The notes under the pieces were generated by a model, which was given only the letters and a program-made list of their open reading frames with translations, searched no databases and was not told where the DNA came from. Positions 7,667-17,926 of a stretch of DNA of 64,000 nucleotides are shown here, piece by piece. The stretch comes from an uncultured bacterium (GTDB taxonomy: Bacteria > Verrucomicrobiota > Verrucomicrobiia > Verrucomicrobiales > DEV007). A program made the translations under genes and the position numbers. The stretch lies in contig CAXBMO010000001.1 in assembly GCA_963977015.1 (NCBI GenBank), forward strand, positions 512,001-576,000, given 5' to 3'. Each line of letters starts with the position of its first letter. Within the stretch, counting starts at the first letter, position 1.

Positions 7667-10506
7667 CGATCGTCGTCCTGCTCGATCAATTCGCGGAATC
7701 GCGTGTAAAGGTAGCCAATCACGAGCAGCAAGATCGCGATCGCAGCGAAGGCGATGATTCGATAAAACGTGTCTTGCAGATCGACAACAAAGACCCGGAT
7801 GATGCAGAACAGCAGGGTGGAAAGTCCAACCGCGCGATAGGCGCGGCGGCGGAGGGCGAGTCCTCCCACAAAGATCGAGATTCCCGTGAGGCCCCACAGC
7901 GCGGTCGCGATGGGGAACGCGGCCGTGTCCGGCCAGGCAAAGGTCGGCAGCAGGATCAACGACGTGAAAATCGGGTAGCCCCAATGCGCCAATCGACGCG
8001 TCGATTCGTTGGTGAAATGGGTTTTGGACGCCGAGGCGATGATCAATCCGCTGACGAGGATGCCAAGTCCAAAAATGACGTAGTGGAAAAATCCGGTGGT
8101 CGTGGGAGTTAGGAATTGGACGTTTCGGGCCAGCAGGAGATTGAAGAACCCAAGAATGGAAATCAGGATCGCGGCCCAGATGGCTGGTTTGAATCGTCCG
8201 CAACGCCAGAGCGCGACCAGGCTGAGTTGAATTGGGGCGAACACCAGGAGATGCCACGAAGGAACGTTTGCAGTTCCTCCTCCGCCCATCACCCAGCCCA
8301 GATAGGTGCTCAGCAATACCGCATTGGCAACTGTCGGAACAAAGTCACGCGTTCGAATCGCGGCGAGGAGAACCATTATTCCTGCGATGGCGAATGCGAG
8401 GTCGAGAATTGCGGGAACTGATTCGGGAACGAAACGAGCCACCGGGAGTGCCAACGCGATTCCAAGGCACAGGGCAACAGCGATGCGAAGTTCAACCCGA
8501 TCGCGATCTCCCCAATGGTGAGCGACCAGCAGTGAACCTGCAATGGCAGCCCATCCCGCGTAGGAAATGAGGGCCATGCCGATCGGTCCGGGATCGAGTC
8601 TTCCCCACGCGGAGAGAAAGCATCCAAGGATGAAGGTCGAGAAGAGGATGGCACAGAAGCGATAAATTCCCGGCGCGATGGAGTCCGGGCTCAAGTTCCT
8701 GCGGACGAATTCTGCGGCGAGAACCCCGCCGGCAAGAAGCAAGAATCCCGACAACAAACCAGGCGCCGCCAAGGCTGTGCCTGGTTCGAGTTTGGAAAAG
8801 TAGATCGCCAGGACGACGAGGCCTGCGCTGCTTATCAGGCAGGGAATCCAGGAGCGAAGGGCGATGGAAAGAACGGCGACCGAGGAGACAACGCCGATCA
8901 GAATGAGGAGCGCCCAAGGGAGTTGGTGAAGACCTGCATAGAGCAAACCAAGCTGAATTCCCGCCAATCCCGCCAAGACCGAGATCCAACGGCGACGCTT
9001 CGCGCCAGCGGATGCCCAACGTTGATAGAGCGACAGGGTGGAGGTCTGGATCAGAACAAAGCCAAACCCGGCAAGTCGATCAAGATGGAATCCTCGCGCG
9101 AAACTCCAGTCTCGGAAGGCGAGGACACAGGCGGCAAGCCAGAGAAGAATCAGGGCTCGCTCAATCCACACGGATTGGGTGCGATGAAGCGTGTAGAGGA
9201 GAATTCCAGCTTGAAGCGCAACCGCGAACCATTCCGTCGGTCCCTCAAATGCCACGATCGCGAAAAGGGTGAACGCGGTGATGGCTTTGAGGAAGAGCGT
9301 CGTGCCGAGATAGACCAGACGCGGCTTCAGGAATTCCAACCCAGACAGGGTCAGGGCGACGATGCCGATCATGAGATAGAACCATTTGAGGGCATCTGGG
9401 TAGAGCGTCAGGAAGGCGACGAATCCCACCAGCGTGGCGACTGAGCTATTGGTGAGAATGCCAGCTGCGCGTTGGTTCCCGACCAGCGGTCTGCGCACGA
9501 GATGAGTCACATGGAACGCGGCATGGAAGATGCCCAGCAGGTTGAGCAAGCCCGATGCTGGAACCAGGATGCTGGGCGGAATCTCACTCCAACGCGTCAG
9601 AACCAGGAGCAGATAACCCGAGTAGCTTCCGATCATCGCAATGGTGAGCGTCGACAGCCATTGGGCGCGCAAGAACAGCAACGCCGCGACCACCGCAAAA
9701 AAGAGCAATCCGGCCAGCGTGAACGAATAGAGATCGTGGGCATGACTGAACCAGCAGCTCACAAACCCCAGGAGCATGGCCAGAGACGCGACCGGTTCGG
9801 AATGCTTCCAGACCGCGAAGAATCCCATGATTGCGACACCGAGGAACTGGAGTCCTAACCCCAATGTTGGTGATTCGATGACACGAAGTGGCTCAAAGGA
9901 ATAGGCCGCGAAAGCTGCCACATAAAGGATCGCCAGTCCTCCCGCAGCGAGAACCTGGCCGAACGCCGCGACGCTCTTTTCTAACTTTAATCCGACGAGG
10001 AACGTGATGATTCCGACCGATACCAATCCGAGAAGACGAACGAGGGGAGGGGTGTTTTCACTGACATGGACTCCAAAAAAGACCGCGGCGATGACGCCGA
10101 GAACGATGCCAATTCTGGTCGCCCACCACGAGGCAATCTGGACTTCTGAGGTTCCTTCCCCTTCGGGAGGCAGGAGATGGAGTTTGCGAAGGGTCGAGGC
10201 GCGAACCATCGGCTCTTTCCCTTTTGGAGCCACCGCCTGAGAGGGCGGGATACGAGATGCCTTGGATTCCACCGGTTCAGGGCCGGGAGAATGGACGGAT
10301 GAAGGGAGCGGTGGCGGCGTCGGGTGAGCTTCAGCTTCCGGTGCTGGGGGATGTCTCGCTTTGTCGAAGGCGGCTTTCTGGGACGGTTCCTCCGGCCGCC
10401 GGGTTTCGAGTCGCGCGATTCGTTCTTCCAGTTGTCCCAATCGCCGCAGTGCCGAGAAGGCGATGAGCAAAGCAATGATCGCGACCAACAGAAGAAATCC
10501 CATCAT
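7663..10506 (-). CDS. DUF2339-family polytopic membrane protein
   Basis: E.RI..LE start, Pro-rich linker, E.QIASWWATRIG, many TM segments, C-terminal DL...YRIIAF. Confidence 0.8.
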   Translation of the reverse strand: MMGFLLLVAIIALLIAFSALRRLGQLEERIARLETRRPEEPSQKAAFDKARHPPAPEAEAHPTPPPLPSSVHSPGPEPVESKASRIPPSQAVAPKGKEPMVRASTLRKLHLLPPEGEGTSEVQIASWWATRIGIVLGVIAAVFFGVHVSENTPPLVRLLGLVSVGIITFLVGLKLEKSVAAFGQVLAAGGLAILYVAAFAAYSFEPLRVIESPTLGLGLQFLGVAIMGFFAVWKHSEPVASLAMLLGFVSCWFSHAHDLYSFTLAGLLFFAVVAALLFLRAQWLSTLTIAMIGSYSGYLLLVLTRWSEIPPSILVPASGLLNLLGIFHAAFHVTHLVRRPLVGNQRAAGILTNSSVATLVGFVAFLTLYPDALKWFYLMIGIVALTLSGLEFLKPRLVYLGTTLFLKAITAFTLFAIVAFEGPTEWFAVALQAGILLYTLHRTQSVWIERALILLWLAACVLAFRDWSFARGFHLDRLAGFGFVLIQTSTLSLYQRWASAGAKRRRWISVLAGLAGIQLGLLYAGLHQLPWALLILIGVVSSVAVLSIALRSWIPCLISSAGLVVLAIYFSKLEPGTALAAPGLLSGFLLLAGGVLAAEFVRRNLSPDSIAPGIYRFCAILFSTFILGCFLSAWGRLDPGPIGMALISYAGWAAIAGSLLVAHHWGDRDRVELRIAVALCLGIALALPVARFVPESVPAILDLAFAIAGIMVLLAAIRTRDFVPTVANAVLLSTYLGWVMGGGGTANVPSWHLLVFAPIQLSLVALWRCGRFKPAIWAAILISILGFFNLLLARNVQFLTPTTTGFFHYVIFGLGILVSGLIIASASKTHFTNESTRRLAHWGYPIFTSLILLPTFAWPDTAAFPIATALWGLTGISIFVGGLALRRRAYRAVGLSTLLFCIIRVFVVDLQDTFYRIIAFAAIAILLLVIGYLYTRFRELIEQDDDR

Positions 10507-10560
10507 GACCGGTTCTTGGTTCGTCTGGGATTGGCAAACGGGGTTGGCACGATGAACGGC

Positions 10561-10941
10561 TCAGGGAGTGGGAACCTCGAAGCGGATCGAGTGGTCGCGT
10601 TTGAACATCCATCCACCTTCCTTTCCATCCGGTCCGAGCGTCTTGATCTCAACGACCCCGTTTCCGATCTTCGTATAAACCAGCGGGGTTCCGATGCGGT
10701 CGCTGGGAATGGACTCGGCATGGCCTGCTGCAACCACCGCTTCCAGATTTGGTGGGAGTTCTCCTTTTTCCTCGTAGTAGGACAGCACCGCGGTTTTTGC
10801 GAGTTCCAATCGTTGCTTGGTATCCTTCTGCGGGGCCTCAAGGTTTCGGGCAAACCAAGCTGCCGCAATCACGACGACCGCGAGAGCAGCGACGATGATG
10901 AGATTCCGTTTTGGGATTGGAGCGGTGGAGGAGCTGGACAT
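10561..10941 (-). CDS. Small GspG-like (type II secretion pseudopilin C-domain) membrane-anchored protein
   Basis: One N-terminal TM, YYEEKGELPPNLEAVV, D..GTPLVY, TLGPDGKEGG. Confidence 0.6.
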   Translation of the reverse strand: MSSSSTAPIPKRNLIIVAALAVVVIAAAWFARNLEAPQKDTKQRLELAKTAVLSYYEEKGELPPNLEAVVAAGHAESIPSDRIGTPLVYTKIGNGVVEIKTLGPDGKEGGWMFKRDHSIRFEVPTP

Positions 10942-11168
10942 AGGTTCTTGAATCTTTGCGGGAGGAAGCCAAGAAGGCAAGTTCGGAAAGTCTCAATGAT
11001 TCCGCGCTGACAGCAATGGCGACCGGGCTCAGAATTGCATTCCCGGGATCTTCAGTCGCAAACACCAGGGGGCAGCGTGGTTCCTGCGGGAACGAAGTTT
11101 CCTTCCTTTTTCAGGAACAGATGAGTCGAAAATCGTGGGTTGGGTCGCCAAACTGGCAAATCCAAGCT

Positions 11169-12227
11169 TCAAACCGCCTGGCTGGGATCCGCGCCGCCGA
11201 AGTTTTCGCGGGGAGCCTCCAGCGCGGGAATTCCCTTGTCATCCAGGTAGCTGGCCAAAAGTTCTTCGCACTGGCGAATTTGAGCTTCCCGCTGCTTCCG
11301 GGCCCGGCCGGCAATCTGCGAGAGTGAATCGATCGGGTAGAGGTAAACGTCGGCCAGTTCTGCGACCTCAGGTTCAACATCCCGGGGAACGGCGATGTCG
11401 ATGATGATGAGCGGTCTTCCGCGGCGCAGTCGCATGGCGTCGCTGACGGCATCCGGCTTCATGATGGTATGTGGCGCTGAAGTCGAGGCGATCACGATAT
11501 CGGTTTCCGTGATTTTCGACTCCCAGTCATCAAACCGGATCGCCTCTCCGCCGATCTCCCCGGCCAATTCCTCAGCCCGGTCAAAGGAACGGTTCGAGAC
11601 GATCACGCTCTTGGCTCCCCGGGAAAGGAGGCTTTGCGCGACCGTTCGGCTCATGTCTCCGGCACCAATCAGCATGACGTGGCAACGCTTCAGTTCTCCG
11701 AACACCTTTTCTGCCAAATCCACCGCAACTGACCCGACCGAAGTGGAGCCGCGTTGGATCTGAGTGTGATTTCGGATGTATTTGCCGACCGAAAAGGACT
11801 GTTGAAAGAGCTTGTTGAGCGTTCTGGAGGTCGTTCCGACGCTTTGCGCGGAAGCGTAGGCCTTCTTGATCTGGCCAAAAATCTCTGTTTCCCCGAGCAC
11901 CATGGATTCGAGCCCACTGGCAACTCGAAAAAGGTGAAGCGCGCTGTCGCGGTCGGATTTTCGGAAAAACGGGAGTTCCAGATCGGAATCCAAGCCAAAA
12001 TGATTGCGCAGATACGACTCCAGAATGTCCAAACCACGTCCTGCGTGGTCGGCGACCGCATAAGTCTCGACCCGGTTGCAGGTGCTGAGAACAACAACTT
12101 CCCGAATTCCGTTCGTGGATGCGATTTCGCCCAAAGCATTGGGGAGATCACTCTCAGAAAACGCCATCCGTTCCCGAACTTCGACGGGAGCGGTTTGGTG
12201 GCTGATTCCGAGGCAAATGAGATTCAT
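11169..12227 (-). CDS. hemA: Glutamyl-tRNA reductase
   Basis: GISHQTAPVEVRE, LSTCNRVE, SGLESMVLGETEI, IGAGDM, DIAVPRD. Confidence 0.97.
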   Translation of the reverse strand: MNLICLGISHQTAPVEVRERMAFSESDLPNALGEIASTNGIREVVVLSTCNRVETYAVADHAGRGLDILESYLRNHFGLDSDLELPFFRKSDRDSALHLFRVASGLESMVLGETEIFGQIKKAYASAQSVGTTSRTLNKLFQQSFSVGKYIRNHTQIQRGSTSVGSVAVDLAEKVFGELKRCHVMLIGAGDMSRTVAQSLLSRGAKSVIVSNRSFDRAEELAGEIGGEAIRFDDWESKITETDIVIASTSAPHTIMKPDAVSDAMRLRRGRPLIIIDIAVPRDVEPEVAELADVYLYPIDSLSQIAGRARKQREAQIRQCEELLASYLDDKGIPALEAPRENFGGADPSQAV

Positions 12228-12278
12228 GGGTGACTCTTGGTGAGTTCGTAGAGGCTTTCGTTCAATCGTTTGGATTCA

Positions 12279-13052
12279 TCAGTGATCCAGCATCATGAGG
12301 GTAACGATGGGGAGAACAAACGCGCCCACGGTGAGGCGAGCGGACAACCGGGAAGACAATCCACGGGTAAGACGCAGCCCAATCAAAACCGCGTAAGCCG
12401 CCCAAACACAGACCGAAAGAACGAGGTGGATGCCGGATGGGGGCGTTTTGGTCCCAAAACCGCTGGCGATCCCGATAGTTAACAAAACGAGCCCGATTCC
12501 GACCAGGCGGGTGATGGCTTTGGAAAGATTCGTGACCGGCGGCAGGTTGTAACTCAAGTCCTGAAGCTTGGCGCGCTTCAACAATCCGTCCTGGACGAGG
12601 AACATCACGCCGGCAATGCAGGAGAGCGCAAAGGCCCCATAGGCGAGAAGCGACACCGAGGCGTGCATTTCGAGCCAGTAATCGTCCGCAGGGCGGCGTT
12701 CGGGGACTTCCCGAAGGAAGGGGAGGGATACGAGTTGGAAAAAAGAGACCAAGGGAGCGGTAAACGCGCCCATTAATGACAGGCGAAAGGTTCGTCCCAG
12801 CAGGAAATAGAGCAAAACCGCGCTCCAACTGACGAAAACGAGGATCTCAAAGGGATTGGTGATGGGACAACGGCCCACGGCCTGGCCCCGTTCGCCCAGA
12901 AACAGGCATTGGGCGATGAATCCGGCCGCCATGATGCAGAGATTGAGGAGCGAGGGATGATACCGGCCCGTACGCAAAGAGATGGCCACATAGGCGAAGC
13001 CGCCTAGAAAGCAGAGCGTTGAAATCAGGAGCCAATTCCATCCGGTTTCCAT
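12279..13052 (-). CDS. ccsA: Cytochrome c assembly protein (CcsA/HemX-like)
   Basis: About 8 TMs, CPITNPFE, WLEMH, QD..LK, LPP; cotranscribed with hemA. Confidence 0.8.
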   Translation of the reverse strand: METGWNWLLISTLCFLGGFAYVAISLRTGRYHPSLLNLCIMAAGFIAQCLFLGERGQAVGRCPITNPFEILVFVSWSAVLLYFLLGRTFRLSLMGAFTAPLVSFFQLVSLPFLREVPERRPADDYWLEMHASVSLLAYGAFALSCIAGVMFLVQDGLLKRAKLQDLSYNLPPVTNLSKAITRLVGIGLVLLTIGIASGFGTKTPPSGIHLVLSVCVWAAYAVLIGLRLTRGLSSRLSARLTVGAFVLPIVTLMMLDH

Positions 13053-13168
13053 GAAGCGCTACTCTACCCCGGCTTCCTCTGGAGCCAAGAAACGTTTTAT
13101 CCCTTCATCAATCGGTTCCCAAGCCAGGAATCACGACGGCTTCGATTCGTTTTTGATGGGATGGAGTG

Positions 13169-13204
13169 GGGGCGGAAAGCAGGGATGGCCCCGCTTTCCG
13201 CCCC
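13169..13204. terminator. GC-rich hairpin after the His-rich outer-membrane gene (no U-tract)
   Basis: GGGGCGGAAAGC / GCTTTCCGCCCC 12-bp stem. Confidence 0.5.
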
Positions 13205-13211
13205 GTGGCGC

Positions 13212-14480
13212 TCAATGATGGTGGTGCGCGCCACCGTGGCCGCCCCACATCACCTGAAATTGCAACCAAGCGGCGTGCTCTTCACCCAAGGAATCGCTGG
13301 TGTTGTAATCATACTGCAGCCGAGTCTTGATCCGCTGATTCTTATCCAGGAAAAACGTGAGCGCGGGCGAGATTCGATGGCGGTCTTCGAGTTCGAGCTC
13401 GTCCAGATCCGACACCCAATCGTGCCGAATGGAAAGCGTTGTGGTTTCGCCCAGGCCGTAAAACAGCCCGGTGGAGAAACCGTAGTCGTTCGCGTCGAAG
13501 CGTTCGCCGTCTTCATCTTCGATCCCAATGTGCCGGCCCATGAACTCACTGCGCAGCATGACGGCGCCCTCGCAGAACTCCGGACCATCGCCGTGGTCGT
13601 GCGCACCCCAAATCTTTTCCAACCCCGCGCCGTAAACCCAGGTTTGGCGGCCAAACCCGTTTTCGCCGGTCGCGAACGAGGTCAGGAGCGTCGCGCTTTC
13701 GTCGAAGGGAAGCCCCATCCGCCAGTCGAAACTGACGACGTAGTCGCTGAAATTGGCATCGTCGGCTTCGAGGTGGTGTTCTTCGCCTTCGTGTTCGTCA
13801 TGATCGTCCTCATCGTGATGGCCGATTTCCATTTCGTGGTCGTGCTCTTCTTCCTCGTGGCCATGTTCGTCGCCCTCCTCATGGGCGTGGGCATGCGTCC
13901 GGACGCCGCCGCCTCCAATCGTGATCACGCTGCGCCAATCTGGCAAGGTCAGGACCATTTCAGCACCTTGGGTGATCAACTCGCCCTCATTCAACATCCT
14001 GCTATTGAGTAAATTTTGATTCACGAAGTCCCATCCATGCACGTGTTTGTCTGACTGAAACCCCACGCGATTCAGAAACTGTCCACCGCCCACGGCGAGC
14101 CAATCGTTGAGATGATAATGGAGGTAGGCTTCCTCCAATGCGGCCTCCCATTCGTCGTTGCCCTGGAATCCCGCACCGTAAACTGCGCCAGTGATGACAT
14201 CTTTGTAATTGATGTCGAGGTGGACTTCGAGGACTTGGATTCCAAAGTCATTCTGCGGATCGTGCTCCGTCGTCGCGAGGTCAGCGGCACCAATTCCGTC
14301 TCCGAAAACGCCTCCGGTTGGGACGACGAAGATCTCCGGCGAAATGATGCCCGCCAGGTTCGCGCCTTCGCCCGTGATCGGGTTGAATTGGGCATTGTAT
14401 TCGAAAACCTCTTCCTCTTCGGCATGTAAACCTGAAATGGACAGGGCGAGAGAGGCGATCAATAAAAGTAAGCGTTTCAT
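13212..14480 (-). CDS. His-rich outer-membrane beta-barrel protein, probable Zn/metal uptake porin or receptor
   Basis: Signal peptide, HDP, LEEAY, H.HGWDFVNQ, His/Glu tract, RLQYDY, C-terminal HGGAHHHH; divergent from znuACB. Confidence 0.75.
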   Translation of the reverse strand: MKRLLLLIASLALSISGLHAEEEEVFEYNAQFNPITGEGANLAGIISPEIFVVPTGGVFGDGIGAADLATTEHDPQNDFGIQVLEVHLDINYKDVITGAVYGAGFQGNDEWEAALEEAYLHYHLNDWLAVGGGQFLNRVGFQSDKHVHGWDFVNQNLLNSRMLNEGELITQGAEMVLTLPDWRSVITIGGGGVRTHAHAHEEGDEHGHEEEEHDHEMEIGHHDEDDHDEHEGEEHHLEADDANFSDYVVSFDWRMGLPFDESATLLTSFATGENGFGRQTWVYGAGLEKIWGAHDHGDGPEFCEGAVMLRSEFMGRHIGIEDEDGERFDANDYGFSTGLFYGLGETTTLSIRHDWVSDLDELELEDRHRISPALTFFLDKNQRIKTRLQYDYNTSDSLGEEHAAWLQFQVMWGGHGGAHHHH

Positions 14481-14491
14481 GTGTGATGGAA

Positions 14492-14571
14492 TATTAATGC
14501 AATTCGATTGCATTAATAACTCTCCTCTTGATTGTGCAAGCAGTTTGCGTTAAAAATGCAAAAATATTGCA
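14492..14571. promoter_or_regulatory. Three TGCAA-N5-TTGC(A) operators, candidate Zur-type sites
   Basis: Perfect 12-3-12 palindrome TATTAATGCAAT-TCG-ATTGCATTAATA (14492-14518), plus copies at 14535-14549 and 14557-14571, in the divergent promoter. Confidence 0.7.
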
Positions 14572-14587
14572 ACAAACACTAATTCGC

Positions 14588-14917
14588 ATGAAGTCATTCC
14601 CATCCGTTTCTCTCCTTTTCGTCCTCGGCCTCCTGCTGACAATCTTACCACCGTCCGTTCACGCTGAGCCTGAAGGCGTGACTTACTTGGGATTGCTTAG
14701 CGGCGTTGAATGCACCGGATGCAAGCGCACCATTTCCCGGTCGCTCGCGAAAATGGAAGGCGTCAAGACCATCCGCATCGTGAAAAAAGGCAAATCCAAT
14801 CACCGACTCGAAGTCGTCACAGACGGTTCGCATGAAATCACCAAGAGCGATGCCGAAACCGCGCTGAAGAACGCCGATCACTACAAGATCCTGACTTGGG
14901 CCAAATCCAACTCGTAG
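14588..14917 (+). CDS. Exported heavy-metal-associated (HMA) domain protein
   Basis: Signal peptide, then GVECTGC...I...L..MEGV. Confidence 0.75.
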   Translation: MKSFPSVSLLFVLGLLLTILPPSVHAEPEGVTYLGLLSGVECTGCKRTISRSLAKMEGVKTIRIVKKGKSNHRLEVVTDGSHEITKSDAETALKNADHYKILTWAKSNS

Positions 14918-14985
14918 CGGAAGAGGCCAAATCTTCCCATTGCTCGCCCTCCGGCGGAATTTTTTGCAGATCCCGCTACGTCGAA

Positions 14986-15906
14986 ATGAAAGCGCTAATC
15001 CCACTCGCCCTGTCCGCTCTCCTCTACTCCGGATGCTCGGAATCGGATGCTGACACTCAATCGCCCGCAACGCAATTGACCAAGCCCATTGTCTACGTTC
15101 CGGTTCCTCCCTACGAATTCGTCTTCGAGCGCCTCGCGGGCAACCTCATCGATCTCCGCGTCATCGTCGGGCCGGGCGACGATCCGCACTCCTACTCACC
15201 CACTCCGAGACAAGTGGCCGACATGGCCAAGGCGAACCTGCTTTGCTCCGGAGAACTGGGATTTGAAGGGAATTACTTCGTTGCGCTCGGTGACGGCACC
15301 GACGGGCCCAAGGAATTGAACCTGCTTGCCGGGCTCGAATTGCTGGAGGGCCACTGCGATCACCCCAGTCACCAAACCGAGACCACGGAAGACGATCACG
15401 GTCATGATCACGAGGAGTTGAACGATCCGCACGTCTGGCTCTCGCCGCGGGCTCTGATGGTTCAGTCCGAACGCATCGCCACCGAACTCAAGGCCGTTCT
15501 CCCCGCAGAAGGTGCCGCCGAGATCGACGCCAATCTGGCCGGTTTTAAGGAAGAACTTGGGGCACTTCACGAAGAGTTATCGGCTCAATTAGCCCGTTAC
15601 AAGGGGCAGAAATTTTACGTTTATCACGGTGCCTTCGCCTACTTTGCGCGCGACTACGGCTTGGAGCAGGTTGCGATTGAGCTCGGCAACCGCAGCCCGA
15701 CCCCCAAGCAGTTGGCGGACATTGCGAAGCAGGCCAAGGCCGAAGACGTGAAGCTCGTATTCGTACAACCGCAATTCGACGAAACCAGCGCCGCCGCGCT
15801 TGCCGAATCCATCGGCGGAAATGTTGCCCCGCTCGATCCCTTGGAAAAAGACGTGATCGCCAACTTGCGTTCTCTCGCCAAAACGATTACGGGCCGCGGG
15901 GAATGA
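14986..15906 (+). CDS. znuA: Zn/Mn ABC transporter substrate-binding lipoprotein
   Basis: Lipobox YSGC, DPHSY.PTP, His-rich loop, DPHVWLSP, YHGAF.YF. Confidence 0.93.
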   Translation: MKALIPLALSALLYSGCSESDADTQSPATQLTKPIVYVPVPPYEFVFERLAGNLIDLRVIVGPGDDPHSYSPTPRQVADMAKANLLCSGELGFEGNYFVALGDGTDGPKELNLLAGLELLEGHCDHPSHQTETTEDDHGHDHEELNDPHVWLSPRALMVQSERIATELKAVLPAEGAAEIDANLAGFKEELGALHEELSAQLARYKGQKFYVYHGAFAYFARDYGLEQVAIELGNRSPTPKQLADIAKQAKAEDVKLVFVQPQFDETSAAALAESIGGNVAPLDPLEKDVIANLRSLAKTITGRGE

Positions 15907-16661
15907 ACGTCGTCTCCTGCAGCAACCTTTCGTTTGGTTATGGCAAAGCCAGGGTGCTCGACAACGTCTCATTCGAAGTCGCCGAGGGCGAATCGCTTGC
16001 GATCATCGGCCCCAACGGAGGCGGAAAGTCGACCTTGCTCAAACTCTTGCTCGGTCTCGAAACGCCCGAGAGCGGCACGCTTGAAGTGTTAGGCAATCCC
16101 GCGGGCCGCAGCCGTCGAAAGTTGGGCTACGTACCGCAGGCGATGCGTTACGATCCGCACTATCCCATTTCCACGCTCGACATCGTGTTGATGGGACGGC
16201 TCGACCGGCTTGGAGTTGGCTTATTTTCGAAGAAATGCCGCGCGGTGGCGGAAGAGGCACTCAGCTCGGTTCACCTCGGCGGTTTCGAAAAACGCCCCTT
16301 TTCCTCACTATCAGGCGGCGAACGCCAACGCGTCATGATCGCCCGCGCCCTCGCCTGCGAGCCCGAAATGCTCCTCCTCGATGAACCGACTGCGAACATT
16401 GACCTTTCGGTCGAGGAGCAATTTATCGAGACGCTCGCCGCCTTGCGCCAAAGCATGACCATCCTCCTGGTAACGCACGACCTGGAACTCGTCTCCGAAC
16501 TGGGCGACTCCGTTCTGTGTGTCAACCGCCGCATCCACCGGCACGCACTGCCGCTCAGTGGCGACACGATTCGCGAAATCTACAGCGGAAGCCGCCGAGT
16601 CGAACACGACCGCCAGACCCGGCACCGTCATGGTGATCATTCCGCCTGCGCTCATGACTGA
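15903..16661 (+). CDS. znuC: Zn/Mn ABC transporter ATP-binding protein
   Basis: GPNGGGKST, LSGGERQR, LLLDEP, His-rich tail. Confidence 0.93.
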   Translation: MNVVSCSNLSFGYGKARVLDNVSFEVAEGESLAIIGPNGGGKSTLLKLLLGLETPESGTLEVLGNPAGRSRRKLGYVPQAMRYDPHYPISTLDIVLMGRLDRLGVGLFSKKCRAVAEEALSSVHLGGFEKRPFSSLSGGERQRVMIARALACEPEMLLLDEPTANIDLSVEEQFIETLAALRQSMTILLVTHDLELVSELGDSVLCVNRRIHRHALPLSGDTIREIYSGSRRVEHDRQTRHRHGDHSACAHD

Positions 16662-17487
16662 GTTTTTCGAAACCATCCGGGACGTTCCCGTAATTCGCTA
16701 TGCCCTGCTGGCTGGAATCGTTGCCAGCCCCATTTTTGGGGTTGTAGGGACGTTTGTCGTCACCCGGCGGATCGGTTACATCGCTGCGGCGATCGCCCAC
16801 AGCATCCTGGGTGGAATCGGTGCCGCGATCTATTTCAATCGCGCCCACGACATCACTTGGCTAACTCCGATGCTTGGTGCGATTTTCGCGTCGATCATTT
16901 CGGCACTCGTGATCGGCTGGGTTAGTCTGAAATTTCGCGAACGCGAGGATACCATCATCTCCGCGATTTGGGCCGGGGGAATGGCCGTCGGATTGTTGTT
17001 CCTCTTTCACACCCCCGGAAAGGGCGTCAATCTGGAGAGCTACATCTTCGGCAACATCTTGCTCACGTCCAAAAGTGACGTCATCGCCACCTGTGTCCTG
17101 GGGGCCATCGTGTTAATTGTGGTCGGTTTGTTTTATCACAAGCTCGTCGCGGTCTGCTTCGACGAAGAATTTGTTCGGCTGCGGGATGTTTCCTCCGCGT
17201 TTTACTACCTGCTTCTCCTCGTCCTCACCGGCATTTGTATGGTGCTGCTGGTCCGGGTCGCCGGCATTGTCCTGTCGTTGGCGCTCATCATCCTTCCCGC
17301 CGCGACCGCGTGCCGATTTGCCCGGCGGATGTGGGCAATCATGCTGACCGCGATTGGGCTATCGATGATTTACAACGCGGGCGGATTGATCGTGAGCTAC
17401 CAACTCGATCAACCGACCGGACCATTCATCGTGGTCTCGGCGAGCGCGGTATATGGACTTTCGTTCTTCTACAGGCGGTTGAAATGA
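16654..17487 (+). CDS. znuB: Zn/Mn ABC transporter permease
   Basis: AIAHSILGG, YIFGNIL, FDEEF, LPAATA. Confidence 0.92.
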   Translation: MTEFFETIRDVPVIRYALLAGIVASPIFGVVGTFVVTRRIGYIAAAIAHSILGGIGAAIYFNRAHDITWLTPMLGAIFASIISALVIGWVSLKFREREDTIISAIWAGGMAVGLLFLFHTPGKGVNLESYIFGNILLTSKSDVIATCVLGAIVLIVVGLFYHKLVAVCFDEEFVRLRDVSSAFYYLLLLVLTGICMVLLVRVAGIVLSLALIILPAATACRFARRMWAIMLTAIGLSMIYNAGGLIVSYQLDQPTGPFIVVSASAVYGLSFFYRRLK

Positions 17488-17531
17488 ACGCTCCGGATTT
17501 CAGCCCGGTGAGAGCCAATCCCGGAAACCGG

Positions 17532-17723
17532 TTAATCCGTTTCGCTCCCCAGTAGCAGAGGCGCCGCCGCATTGAGGATTTCCACAGCGGACATCTTCAG
17601 CTCGTCTTCAATTTCTTGAAGGCGCACCTTGTCCGACTCCTCGCTGAATTGAATCTGAACGTATTCAAGGATCAGCATTTTCCGCTTCCCGCTCTCTTCG
17701 GTATCTCTGTTCTCGTCGCTCAA
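17532..17723 (-). CDS. Small acidic hypothetical protein
   Basis: 63-aa ORF (TTG start) with helical, protein-like composition filling an intergenic gap. Confidence 0.4.
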   Translation of the reverse strand: MSDENRDTEESGKRKMLILEYVQIQFSEESDKVRLQEIEDELKMSAVEILNAAAPLLLGSETD

Positions 17724-17926
17724 TTGAATGAAGGGTTACGGTTTTCGATCCTCCCACGTGATCACCGGCAATGATTTCACATTTGAGTCCGTTCAGCGAT
17801 TCTGAAATGTCGTTCCATTCGTGAAACTCGCGAAAAGGCAACTCGACGATTTGATCAAAAGCGACTTTTGACTTCCGGGACAGTTTTGGGCTTGTTGGTA
17901 CGTTTCATGCACGAAGGGCTTCCATC

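Noticed and set aside
10561-10941. Type II secretion or pilus operon
   Set aside because: Isolated GspG-like gene without a prepilin G-F-x-x-x-E motif or neighbouring T2SS genes
11169-12227. Short hemA (352 aa) as a pseudogene
   Set aside because: All catalytic and NADPH-binding motifs are intact; only the C-terminal dimerisation region is shortened
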